Part shown: piece by piece, positions 53,967-64,000 of the stretch | How the letters are laid out: each line of letters opens with the position of its first letter | Position numbering within the stretch: position 1 is the stretch's first letter | Assembly (NCBI RefSeq): GCF_006345805.1 | Contig: NC_043020.1 | Coordinates: 23,994,001 to 24,058,000 of the forward strand | Source: Octopus sinensis | Taxonomy: Eukaryota | Reading direction: 5' to 3' | DNA length: 64,000 bases | Made by a program: the position numbers and the translations under genes | The notes under the pieces: generated by a model | Told to the model about the DNA's origin: nothing | Seen by the model: the letters and a program-made list of their open reading frames with translations, nothing else | Databases searched by the model: none

Positions 53967-54314
53967 GAAATAAAAGGGTTTATCATAGCAGTCCAAGATC
54001 AATGCCTACCTACAAGGAGGTACCAGGTCAATATATTAAAGAATGGCAGCTGCCCAACATGTCGTGTATGTCAACAACAAAATGAAACCATTGATCATGT
54101 TGCCTTCATGTGCAGTCTTCTTGCGCCTACAGAATATCTCAACAGGCATGATAGAGCTGTATAGTATATTCACTCGGTAATGTGCAAAAATGGGCAAAGC
54201 CAAATATATTACACCATAGACATAACACCAATATGAACTTCTAAATCGTTGTCTCTTGAGGTCTCTAGCTGAGACTTGGAGCCAACTTGTATAAATACAA
54301 AGCAAAAGGCAAAC

Positions 54315-54316
<2 letters not shown>
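53967..54316 (+). mobile_element. Internally deleted RLE-type LINE fragment with intact CCHC knuckle
   Basis: EIKGFIIAVQDQCLPTRRYQVNILKNGSCPTCRVCQQQNETIDHVAFMCSLLAPTEYLNRHDRAV*; followed by a (TAA/TGA)n tail. Confidence 0.8.
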
Positions 54317-54347
<31 letters not shown>

Positions 54348-54388
54348 TGATGATGATGATAATGATGATGATAATAATAATAATAATA

Positions 54389-54431
<43 letters not shown>

Positions 54432-54435
<4 letters not shown>

Positions 54436-54555
54436 GCCCTGATGCAGTACAAGGTGGCGGCTCTCATGCCTTTGATCTTAACAGATTGGAAGTATTATCA
54501 TGTATATGTTTTGTCTTGGGCTACAGCAAATATTCTGCACAATACAAGAGATTTG
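54432..54555. mobile_element. Partial inverted copy of the 557-bp element
   Basis: aaatgccctgatgcagtac.agg..ctctcatg..gatcttaac.gattggaagt is the reverse complement of ~47800-47921. Confidence 0.75.
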
Positions 54556-54559
54556 TTTT

Positions 54560-54863
54560 CCTCTGCGGAATTTGAACTCAGAACATAGTGACGGTCAAAA
54601 TGACGCTAAGCATTTTGCCCGGCGTGCTAACGATTCAGCCATCTCGAATAATCCTTTCTACCAAAGGCACAAGGCCTGAAATTTGGTAGGAGAGGTTAAG
54701 TGGATTACATCGACCCCCAGTACTCAACTAGTACTCAATTTATTGTCCTCGAAAGGATGGAAAGCAAAGTCGACGTAGCTGGAATGTGAACTCAGGATGT
54801 GAAGACGGATGACATACCGCTATTTCGTCCAGCATGCTAACGATTCTGCCAGCTCGCCGCCTT
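54560..54863 (-). mobile_element. Family A SINE plus an additional head fragment
   Basis: Full copy 54650-54863; head-only copy 54560-54645. Confidence 0.8.
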
Positions 54864-55619
54864 ATACTGGTAATGCCATTTACAGCTTACAGTGCCAGGA
54901 ACTGAGCCTGGTGGTGAGGATGTAGGGCATGAAAGTAATTGCGCAAACCTCTGCGTTTAACTGATTATTGGTGTCTTACTCGAAAGTATGGAAGACCAAG
55001 TTAAGGAAAGCTGACCTTACCTGAGTTTGAACTCAGGGCGCAAAGAGCTTATATTTACTTGGAATGGGATCAATTAATTTCATTACTTCCCCTCTACCCA
55101 GTTGTCGTCAGGTACTTTTTATTATATCGCCAATGCAAAGTTGCCCTCTTAGAAATAGAGAGATCAACCTTACCGAAGAAACTTAGAATGTAGAAAGTAA
55201 AGTGTCATTTTCAATGTCTTCTTTCGGGTTTCGATTTTCGTTTTAGCTATTTCACAGAAGTAATCCTTCCTTATTTATTAGAGGTGGCACCTTTCTGTAG
55301 ATATATAGCCTCGACATGCATATGTATTCTAATTACATATATATAAGGACACAGGAAATGTGTCAAGGCCGACAGAAAGCGTCGATATTTCCTAGGGCTA
55401 AATAGCGGTGTTGTAATTCCCTCACGTTAAGTTGACAGTATACAACCACTCTATCGCTCCACCACCGCACATATCTCTATGAGATATTTAGAAATTTAAT
55501 ATTTCTGATTTACATATATATATATAAATTTATAAATAAGGATAATATCGATATTTAAATATCGATCTTATCAAATGGCCAGCATGGGAATAAATACCAT
55601 ACAAAGGTAATAATTATTT

Positions 55620-55942
55620 AAAACTATAAATAAGGGTATCTGAGAGATACCACCATACCGAAATAGCAGTCAAGGCCCCGACTCCAAAAACCACCTTAAA
55701 TGTTCATATCGCGCCATGAGATAAGACAGAGACAAAATAAACTAACAAAAAAGATTTCATTTCGTCTCTCTGTCTTATCTCATGTCGCGATATGAACATT
55801 TAAGGTGGTTTTTGGAGTCGGGGCCTTGACTGCTATTTCGGTATGGTGGTATCTCTCAGATATCCTTATTTATAGTTTTATATATATATATATATATATA
55901 AAAAACTATAAATAAGGATATCTGAGAGATACCACCATGCCG
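55620..55942. repeat. Fold-back repeat: ~119-bp arms, then (TA)n, then a third partial arm
   Basis: 55620-55738 versus 55759-55879; partial copy 55901-55942. Confidence 0.9.
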
Positions 55943-56118
55943 ATATATATATATGTAACACACGCACGCGCAGCTTCATTTTGGGATCATCACTACTATT
56001 ATTTGATCTCTCCTTTTTCTTAGCTCTCCTGTCTCACAACTTCTGTTTGGCCTTCACCATGATTGATCGCTAGACACTAAACCTTTCTTATTTCCTCTCT
56101 CTGCTTATTTCTGTGTTC

Positions 56119-56154
56119 CTTTCTGTTGAAGAGTGTAGGCTCGAAACGTAAAAG
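56119..56154 (+). ncRNA. Minimal hammerhead-like motif, A6U variant (second copy)
   Basis: cttt-CTGTTGA-a-GAGT gtag GCTC-GAAA-CG-T-A-aaag. Confidence 0.5.
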
Positions 56155-56242
56155 AATTTCTCACTTCCTTAGCGTTAAACTATTACATCTGTTTGTTGTT
56201 TACACACCCGTCTTCATCTTTTGTGTATATATATATATATAT

Positions 56243-56340
56243 ACAATTATTAAACTTCCTTATCTCCATTTTCTGTTCTTCTGTTATATGTATATATAAG
56301 AGTAGAACAGAAAATGGAAATAAGGAAGTTTAATAATTGT
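56243..56340. repeat. 37-bp inverted repeat hairpin
   Basis: 56243-56279 versus 56304-56340, one mismatch. Confidence 0.9.
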
Positions 56341-56633
56341 TTCTTATTAACAAATTGGTCATCTTCACTTCTTACAGCCGTTTCAAATAATTCTCAATAA
56401 TTTGATTACAAATTTGTACATCAAATTTACGCTTATGTAACATGAGTATCATTTCATAAGAAGAAAAAAAGATGAAACTTTGGATGTTATATGTGGGCTT
56501 ATCAATTCATTTCAGCAGACTATATATATATATATATATATAATATTAATTAGAGACAAAACCACTATTTTGCAAAACAAACAAGGAAAGACTTAATCAA
56601 TACATAAAATTTTAATAAAAAGTAAAAAAACCG

Positions 56634-56676
56634 CCACTACAATTGTTTCATGTCCTGATCGACAATCTTCAGGTGG
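56634..56676 (-). ncRNA. Minimal type I hammerhead fold (left arm)
   Basis: Reverse complement of 56717-56759. Confidence 0.6.
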
Positions 56677-56716
56677 ATTTCCAATTTTCAAGTCAGTTTC
56701 AAATTTGAAACTGAAT

Positions 56717-56759
56717 CCACCTGAAGATTGTCGATCAGGACATGAAACAATTGTAGTGG
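56717..56759 (+). ncRNA. Minimal type I hammerhead fold (right arm)
   Basis: ccac-CTGAAGA-t-TGTC gatcag GACA-t-GAAA-CAATTG-T-A-gtgg; palindromic stem III ACAATTGT, GUA site, U.U at 10.1/11.1. Confidence 0.6.
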
Positions 56760-56936
56760 CGGTTTTTTTACTTTTTATTAAAATTTTATGTATTGATTAA
56801 GTCTTTCCTTGTTTGTTTTGCAAAATAGTGGTTTTGTCTCTAATTAATATTATATAATATTTTACTATAAAATTGGATTTAATCCTAAATCTGATTTTTT
56901 TCCCTGTAAATTTGGATTTATTCCCTAATATTTATT

Positions 56937-56988
<52 letters not shown>

Positions 56989-57645
56989 TACACAAACATG
57001 CACACACATACACACCCAGACACATATGTATATATGTTTCAATGAGTTTATTGAAATGCTATTGCTGTGTTGTCTACAGCTTGGAGATAATAGGTTCTCC
57101 GCCTCAATTTTTATTGTTTTAACATCTCAAACAAACATGCGATTCTCAGATGTCAAAAGACAATACCTTCATTAATGACGGCAAATGTTAGAATAAAACT
57201 CAAATAGTTTTACTGAAGATACTATCTCAATTTTCAAACTCTGTCTTTAATTACGATTCCACCATTATATAAAGTTGTTTAACATTTGTAGAGCAGTAAA
57301 GAATGTTTTTTATTTTATTTTTAATGTTATTTTCTTAATAATGGTTGGGTTACACTATTGTGCATGTTGACTGCATAAACAGATGCTTCGTTTGCTTGTG
57401 GAAGAGATTTGAATTTTGCTGCTGTTGTTGTTAGGATTGCGTAAGTCAAAACTCTGTTTAACTGTGATCATCGCTTTTTAGATGAGGTGAGCTTTTGTTG
57501 ACAGCGATTTGGCTACAATATTCACCAGGTCAAACATCTGTAAGCACGTTTATATCTTTCCTTGTACGCCTAGACACCTGGCGTAACGCCTGGCGCTCAC
57601 CGTCCTCAAAAAATCCTGCAGGGCAGTCACAGGAAGTACTACGTT

Positions 57646-58060
57646 GGGGAGCTGGCAGAATCATTAGCACACCGGGCGAAATGCTTAGCGGTATTTCGTC
57701 TGCCGCTACGTTCTGAGTTCAAATTCCGCCGAGGTCGACTTTGCCTTTCATCCTTTCGGGGTCGATTAAATAAGTACCAGTTACGCACTGGGGTCGATAT
57801 AATCGACTTAATCCGTTTGTCTGTCCTTGTTTGTCCTCTCTGTGTGTATCCCCTTGTGGGTAGTAAAGAAATAGGTATTTCGTCTGGTGTCACGTTCTGA
57901 GTTCAAATTACGCCTAGGTCGACTTTGCCTTTCATCCTTTCGGAATCGATTAAATAAGTACCAGTTATGCACTGGGGTCGATGTAATCGACTTAATCCCC
58001 TTGTTTGTCCCCTTTATGTTTAGCTCCCTGTGGGCAATAAAGAAATAAAAAAGAAATAGT
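57646..58060 (+). mobile_element. Young family A SINE followed by a tandem 5'-truncated second copy
   Basis: Full copy 57646-57873; second copy restarts at ggtatttcgtctg (57874). Confidence 0.9.
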
Positions 58061-58264
58061 AATCTAGTTCGTTAGCACGCTGGACCAAATGCTTAGCGGC
58101 ACTTCGTCCGGCTTTTCGTTCTGAGTTCAAATGTCATTGGGCTTGACTTTGTCTTGCATCCCTTCGGAATCGATAAAATATGTACCCTTTGAACAGTGAG
58201 GTTGAAGTAATCGACTTACCCACTCCCCAAATATTGCTGGCTTTGTGCCAAAATTTGAAATCAA

Positions 58265-58860
58265 TATGGAGATCTAGAGGTGAGTAAGAACGACGGCTTT
58301 CTTGTAGAAACTCTGAGCATGGACGAGGACAAATTAGCTGCTCTCTTTTGGAGGACTTTCACTCTATCAACTGCCATGAATAACTTACCAAAATCTCAAG
58401 CCATGCTATCGAGGCCTACTGTTGGTTTCGAGATAAACGTAACAGGCCAGAAGTGCCGCCAGGTAGGACTGCGCAAGGTGCACAGAAAGCATTGAAGCAG
58501 TTTAACATGCTCTCCTGTAATGTCCAAGAATTGTCACCGAACAGTTCTTGTCGTGTGAAGGGCGAATCTGTCTATCAGCTAGTATCTGTCGTGAGGACCA
58601 CCCCATCTTTAACATGGTAGAGCAGGCGTTAATCCTCAGTTTAGTGGCTATGGCAAAAGAGGCTTTGTGGTGGACGTAGCTAAAACGATTGAGGAAAGAC
58701 ACCTTCCTATTCAGTGAAGCCCTCATCAACTTCTTAAAGTTCTGCCTAGAAACAAAAGTGAGGCCAGTGTTCAATCCCAGTGAATTTGGCGAAAGATGGA
58801 TGACGGGCAAAAATAGTTGTTAAGCTGAGCGAACCTGCCCTAAGCATGTACATCTGTACA
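58265..58860 (+). mobile_element. Tx1/L1-clade LINE ORF2 3' fragment, decayed
   Basis: MDEDKLAALFWRTF..MNN, PCYRGLL, DCARCTESIEAV*HALL*CP (zf-RVT-like), LVAMAKEALWWT..LINFLKF..FGERW. Confidence 0.65.
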
Positions 58861-59527
58861 TTGGAAAACAATGGTTGAATGAACGCTTGTGCTCTTAGTA
58901 TTCAAGGTGATCATAGATTGCGTGGTTCTTCGATTGGCCCGATTTGGATTTCCCCCCATTCCTTGAGAACTGCATCACGGAGATGTTCAAAGGTTTTGTA
59001 TTCTATGACTATTTTTATTCCATTCTATCATCCTCTCCATTTCTTCCCCTTGTTTTTTAGTAATCCACACTTCCTCCACGAACTATAAAACTGTTCTTGT
59101 AATGTCCTCCTCAACTTATGCACATGGGGCCAATAAAAGAAATCGTTATGAATTATTATAGGCAATTTAATATAAATTATCATCATCATTTGGTTCATAT
59201 AAAATCCAGGATTCAGGTGAATTAGGTCCTTAAATAGCAAAGCACTAAGTTCGGGTTAGAGGAAATCGCTAGACGTATACAAACAATATTTGAAGGCAAA
59301 AAAGTACTTAATAAAGTAAGCATGAATTTGTACTCCGGTTTTGCGTACAATCACACGTAACCGACTGAATATGCAGCGAGTCTCAGTGTTGCGCATGGCT
59401 ACAAACACTGCACTCCAAATGAGTGCACTTAATAGACTCCAGATCAAAGCGAATTGCAGATGTATGTATATACAAATGTGTGTGTGTGCATGTGCGCGCG
59501 CGTGTATGCATGTATATATGTGCGTGC

Positions 59528-59585
<58 letters not shown>

Positions 59586-59596
59586 ATGTGTGTTCC

Positions 59597-59860
59597 TGAA
59601 GGTGCGTGGCCTCGTGGTCAGGTTGCTGCGCAACGATCGCTAGATTGTGGGTTCGATTTCCAGAGCGGGCGGCGTGTTATGTTCACAAGCAGTGCACTTC
59701 ATTTCTCGTTGTTACAATCCCCCTTTCGATCGGTGGTGGTGGTGGCCTAATCAGCGGAGTGGCATCATTCGAAGGTTAAAACGATGCTGAACGCATTGTG
59801 ATCAGCGATGTGCAGCAACATCTGATAATCTAGTCGGTAACGTGATCACGTGATATATAC
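59597..59860 (+). mobile_element. tRNA-derived SINE family C, degraded
   Basis: gaaggtgcgtggcctcgtggtcagg..gggttcgatttcc..cattgtgatcagcgatgtg. Confidence 0.65.
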
Positions 59861-59909
59861 ATACATATATATATATATGTGTATGTATGTATGTATGTAT
59901 GTATGTATG

Positions 59910-59948
<39 letters not shown>

Positions 59949-60168
59949 CCACACACATACATACAGGGAGAGAGAGAGTGAGAGAGACAAGGAGAGACAG
60001 ATGCACAGATATAAATGCATATATATAAAGATATCTATATAAGCATACACATATTTATAGATATATGGATGAATATACACACACATGCATGCATATGTAT
60101 GTACATGTATGTATGTATGTACATATATATATATGTATATATATATATTATATATATATATATAATAT

Positions 60169-60217
<49 letters not shown>

Positions 60218-60559
60218 TATATACACATATATTATGCATGTATATATATATATATATGAATTTGATTTAAAAATTACAAAAACCACCGAACACAAAACAC
60301 ACAAAAAAAAACCCCAGCGTCAACCAGGTTGTTCAATCAATATTTATTTCTGTTCATCAAATATCGATATTTGTGTTAATAACAGTTTCATTATCGAGAA
60401 AAGGTATAATGGAAGAGAGAAAAGAAAAGAAAAGAAAAATATATTTACAATAAAGTTAGGCGTCACGCTCTTACGTACATACACTCACTGACTCTCTCAT
60501 ACATACACTGATAGACCTATATACACCCATTTATCACATACAATGATATATATATATAT

Positions 60560-60753
60560 GAGTTTCACGTTTCCGTTCGTCAGACAGTTTTTGCAGTTTT
60601 CCTAGCAAAAAAACTGTCCGACGAACGGCAACGTGAACCTCAGAGTAACAGGTTTTGTTGAATTTTCTGCTGCTTTAAATAAAGCATATTACTCTACCAC
60701 TGGTATTTGAGTACTCTTTTTTCCACCTTGTTTCACATTATGTGTTTACTCCG
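60560..60753. mobile_element. (TA)n-bounded pLTR-like element starting with a ~35-bp imperfect hairpin
   Basis: 60560-60594 versus 60605-60641 inverted; aataaa then a TA terminus. Confidence 0.5.
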
Positions 60754-61009
60754 GTATATATATATATATTATATATATATAATATATATATATATTATAT
60801 ATATATATATACACATACGCATTCGAGTGTATATTTTCTCTCACACGTGCGCACACATTCTCACATTTACATAAATATGTAAGCGCAGGTGCTCAAACAT
60901 ATTTACGTATTCACTAACATATACATACACACAAAAACATTTGCATACATACACATTCTAAAAAGCCCATGTTCGCGTGCACACATACACACACATAATA
61001 CTATATATA

Positions 61010-61070
<61 letters not shown>

Positions 61071-61269
61071 ATATATTAAACCGATGCTCACCTACATTCA
61101 CGCAGACATAAGCACTGCGTAGACGCACATAGACGTACACACTGATAAAACTCTAAAGCGTACACATTCGCCCGCACACACGTTCCTCCATACACACTTA
61201 CACACGATCTGATACGCAGAAGACCAGTTGAAGAAACAACAATAACAACCGGAATATGAGTGAATGAGG

Positions 61270-61420
61270 GCGTCAGGCGTGGCGGGTTTGACTCATAACC
61301 ACATGGTTCCCAGTTCAGTCCCACTGCGTGGCACCTTTGCTAGCAATATTTTACTATAGCCCCAGATCCTCCAAAGCTTTGAGAGTGTATTTGGCAGACG
61401 GAAAATGAAAGAAGCCCGTG
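61270..61420 (+). mobile_element. CORE-type SINE family B head
   Basis: aaccacatggttcccagttcagtcccactgcgtggcaccttt..gaaagaagcccgt. Confidence 0.8.
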
Positions 61421-61769
61421 GTGGATATGCATATCCAAAGTCACAACGACACACACACATATGTAGATAAATTTCTTTCTCTATGAAAGAAAGGGTTATG
61501 AAGATTTAGTGTTGTGAAATATGAGCAAGGCATCAGTCTTCCATCATAAATTAGGAATGCTTTCTAAGGCAGGCTTCCACACTGTATCCGTCTGCTGAAA
61601 TTGAGTTAGAAAGGCATTGGTCGAATCGGGGCTATAGGAGAAAAAATTTACACAAGTTTCTGTCGCTTCTTGGAATTAAAACCTAAATAACGCAGAGACA
61701 GGGTTTGAATAAATATCACGACCTTCCCCCCATGTGGATCATTGGTGACCAAGGGCTAAATTATAATGC

Positions 61770-62380
61770 TTTCTACAAAAGGTACAAAGCTTGAAATTTT
61801 ATGTTGAAGGGGTAAGATAATTACTTCGATCGAAATACTCAGCATCCCGAAAGGATGAAAGGCAAAGATGACCGGAGTGGGATTTGAACTTAGAACAAAA
61901 TTCTGGAAGAAATGCCGCAAAGCATTTTGTCCGGCGCGCTAACGGTTCTGCCAGCGCGCAGCTTTATCATCCTTACCACTACTTTCAAGCACAAGGACTG
62001 AAATATTTAGGCGGGGCGGTTAATCGATGACATCGAACTCCTTGCTTATCTGCTCCACGTTTTATTAATCCCGAAACAATGAAATGCAAAGTCGACTTCG
62101 GTGTCATTTCAACGCGGAACGTTAAGGCGGACGAAATACGGCAAAGCATTTTATCCGGCGTGTTAACGATTTGGCCAACTCGCTGCCTTCTAGAGGTCAA
62201 AGGTCCTTTCTACTAATGGCACAAGGCTTAGAATTATGGTGATGGTAGTGTGTGTGTGTGTGTGGGGGGGCACAATTTGATTACATCCACCCCCAGCATT
62301 TCACTGGTACTTAATTTTTCGACCCTGAAAAAAATGAAAGGCGAAGTCAACCTTGGCGGAATTTGAACTCAGAACATAGA
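61770..62380 (-). mobile_element. Three consecutive family A SINE copies
   Basis: cccgaaaggatgaaaggcaaag..atttgaact motifs at ~61845, 62075 and 62325. Confidence 0.75.
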
Positions 62381-62472
62381 GGGGGACATTATTTACATGA
62401 AACGGATATTTGTCTTCATCCGTCAAATGTAACTTATGTACATAATTCCTCTTCGCTTAAGTATAGAACTGC

Positions 62473-62504
<32 letters not shown>

Positions 62505-63489
62505 TATATATTATATATATATATAGACACACACACACACACACACCACACACACACACACACACATATATATTACATATAAATTGCATATCAAAACTGA
62601 TAACTGAAAATATTTTTGGAATGTACACACGCACATACACACACACACACACATATATATATAAATATATAGTCACACTCACAGACACACACGTATATAT
62701 ACATACGCCCGCCCCCACACACACATACTGTACTTGCGATTGCTAGCAAGTAAATTGTTTTCCTCGTTTTTGTCCTTGTTTTTGGTAGTGGTGTTTAATG
62801 GTGGTTATTTTATACAACGATAATGCAAGTTGTGATCATATCCATTTTTTAAACTTTGTACTTATGCCGTTTCATATTTTCTATTTTGCTGTACGTAGAA
62901 CCTTTCATATGTTAAGTGTTTCAGATATTTTTTCGCTGTTTTAATCATAGTTTCATACACTTTTGGTTATTGAACGTCCTGTTAAAAATACTTCTGTTGT
63001 TAGCCTTAGTGTGTTTCATATTCTTTAGGTTATTGCACTTAGCGTGTTTCATACAGTTTTTGATCGGTGGACGTTGTAAGTTAAATATATTTTATTGTTG
63101 ATATTGGCATGTTTCATAATCTGTTCGTTATTGCACTTTGCGTCCTTCATATCTATTTGGTTGTGGAACGTAGAATGTTTCATATGCCATCGATTGTTAC
63201 ATGTGGTGTGTTTCAATATATTTTTGTTGTACTTAATGAATGAATTAGGTTATATTTAAGTGGAGACAAGGAAATCTGGCATTAAAAAAATAAAGATTTC
63301 TTTTAATAACAATCTCTTTCTCGTTATTATTTCGTATATTTTCATTTGTCTTGCTTATTTTTTTTACACTTTGGTTTGTGCTGAGTTTTTATTTGAGAAC
63401 ACATTCTTCGTGGAAAATAGCGATTTTGACGTCTATATCTAGCATATTGACCGTCCACTTTTAGTGGTCAGTCCTTTAAATTTTGTATG

Positions 63490-63523
<34 letters not shown>

Positions 63524-64000
63524 CCTTAGTTTTAGTTATATTTGTCGTCAAGGATTAACTCGCTAATGACATATGTGTTTGTATACTGATATATATGTGT
63601 ATGTGTGTGTGGTTTTGTTTCTATGCATACATGTTGCGTAACATCTTAGTGTGGTCTAGTGAAACATGTGTAAAGCGTATATAATTTACGATGTTATAGA
63701 CCAGTTCTTAAGCGAATCTCCGATTCGATTCTGATCCTCCTGAACATATTCTGTAATCTGTTCAAATATATAACAGCAAACGAATATTGGAGTTAAATAT
63801 TTGATTGGAAGTTGGTCATGCTTGGATTCACGTGGCGTTATTATCGATATTATGCTCCGATATATCATTGTTGTAGTCTGAAATCCCTGGGAGTTCCGAC
63901 TCTTGTAACAAAGATCTTTATCTTGGTGATAAAGTGCAAGTGATGAAGTCTCAGCCTATTACCAAAAGATATTGTACTGATACCATTCATTCCTCACTTC

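Larger units (their letters stand above)
56537..56856. repeat. Perfect 143-bp inverted repeat, 34-bp spacer
   Basis: 56537-56679 versus 56714-56856 with no mismatch found by eye. Confidence 0.92.

Noticed and set aside
60560-60585. Minus-strand CTGACGAacgGAAACGTG as a hammerhead
   Set aside because: No stem II, G at position 17 and no stem I

Overview
Repeat-dominated, AT-rich eukaryotic DNA. The microsatellite spectrum and SINE families suggest a cephalopod, most likely Octopus (inference). No host protein-coding gene can be supported: nearly all ORFs in the track are translations of microsatellites or SINEs. The window holds (i) dozens of tRNA-derived SINEs from at least three families, (ii) decayed RLE-type (R4/Dong-like) LINE fragments embedded in (TAA)n tracts, plus a ~557-bp non-coding element that is also embedded in (TAA)n, (iii) fragments of a Helitron, a Tx1/L1-like LINE, a Penelope-like RT, a Tc1/mariner and a hAT MITE, and (iv) many fold-back inverted repeats bounded by (TA)n. 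The main observation is a non-coding ~595-bp tandem/inverted array at 32.9-37.1 kb in which every complete unit carries a type I hammerhead ribozyme fold (CUGAAGA core, long stem II, GAAA, palindromic stem III, GUC site). This is a retrozyme-like or Penelope-pLTR-like architecture. Further hammerhead-like motifs of unrelated sequence occur elsewhere, including a back-to-back pair in a perfect 143-bp palindrome and a recurrent A6U core variant. All folds were derived by hand and are untested. Coordinates of decayed elements are approximate.
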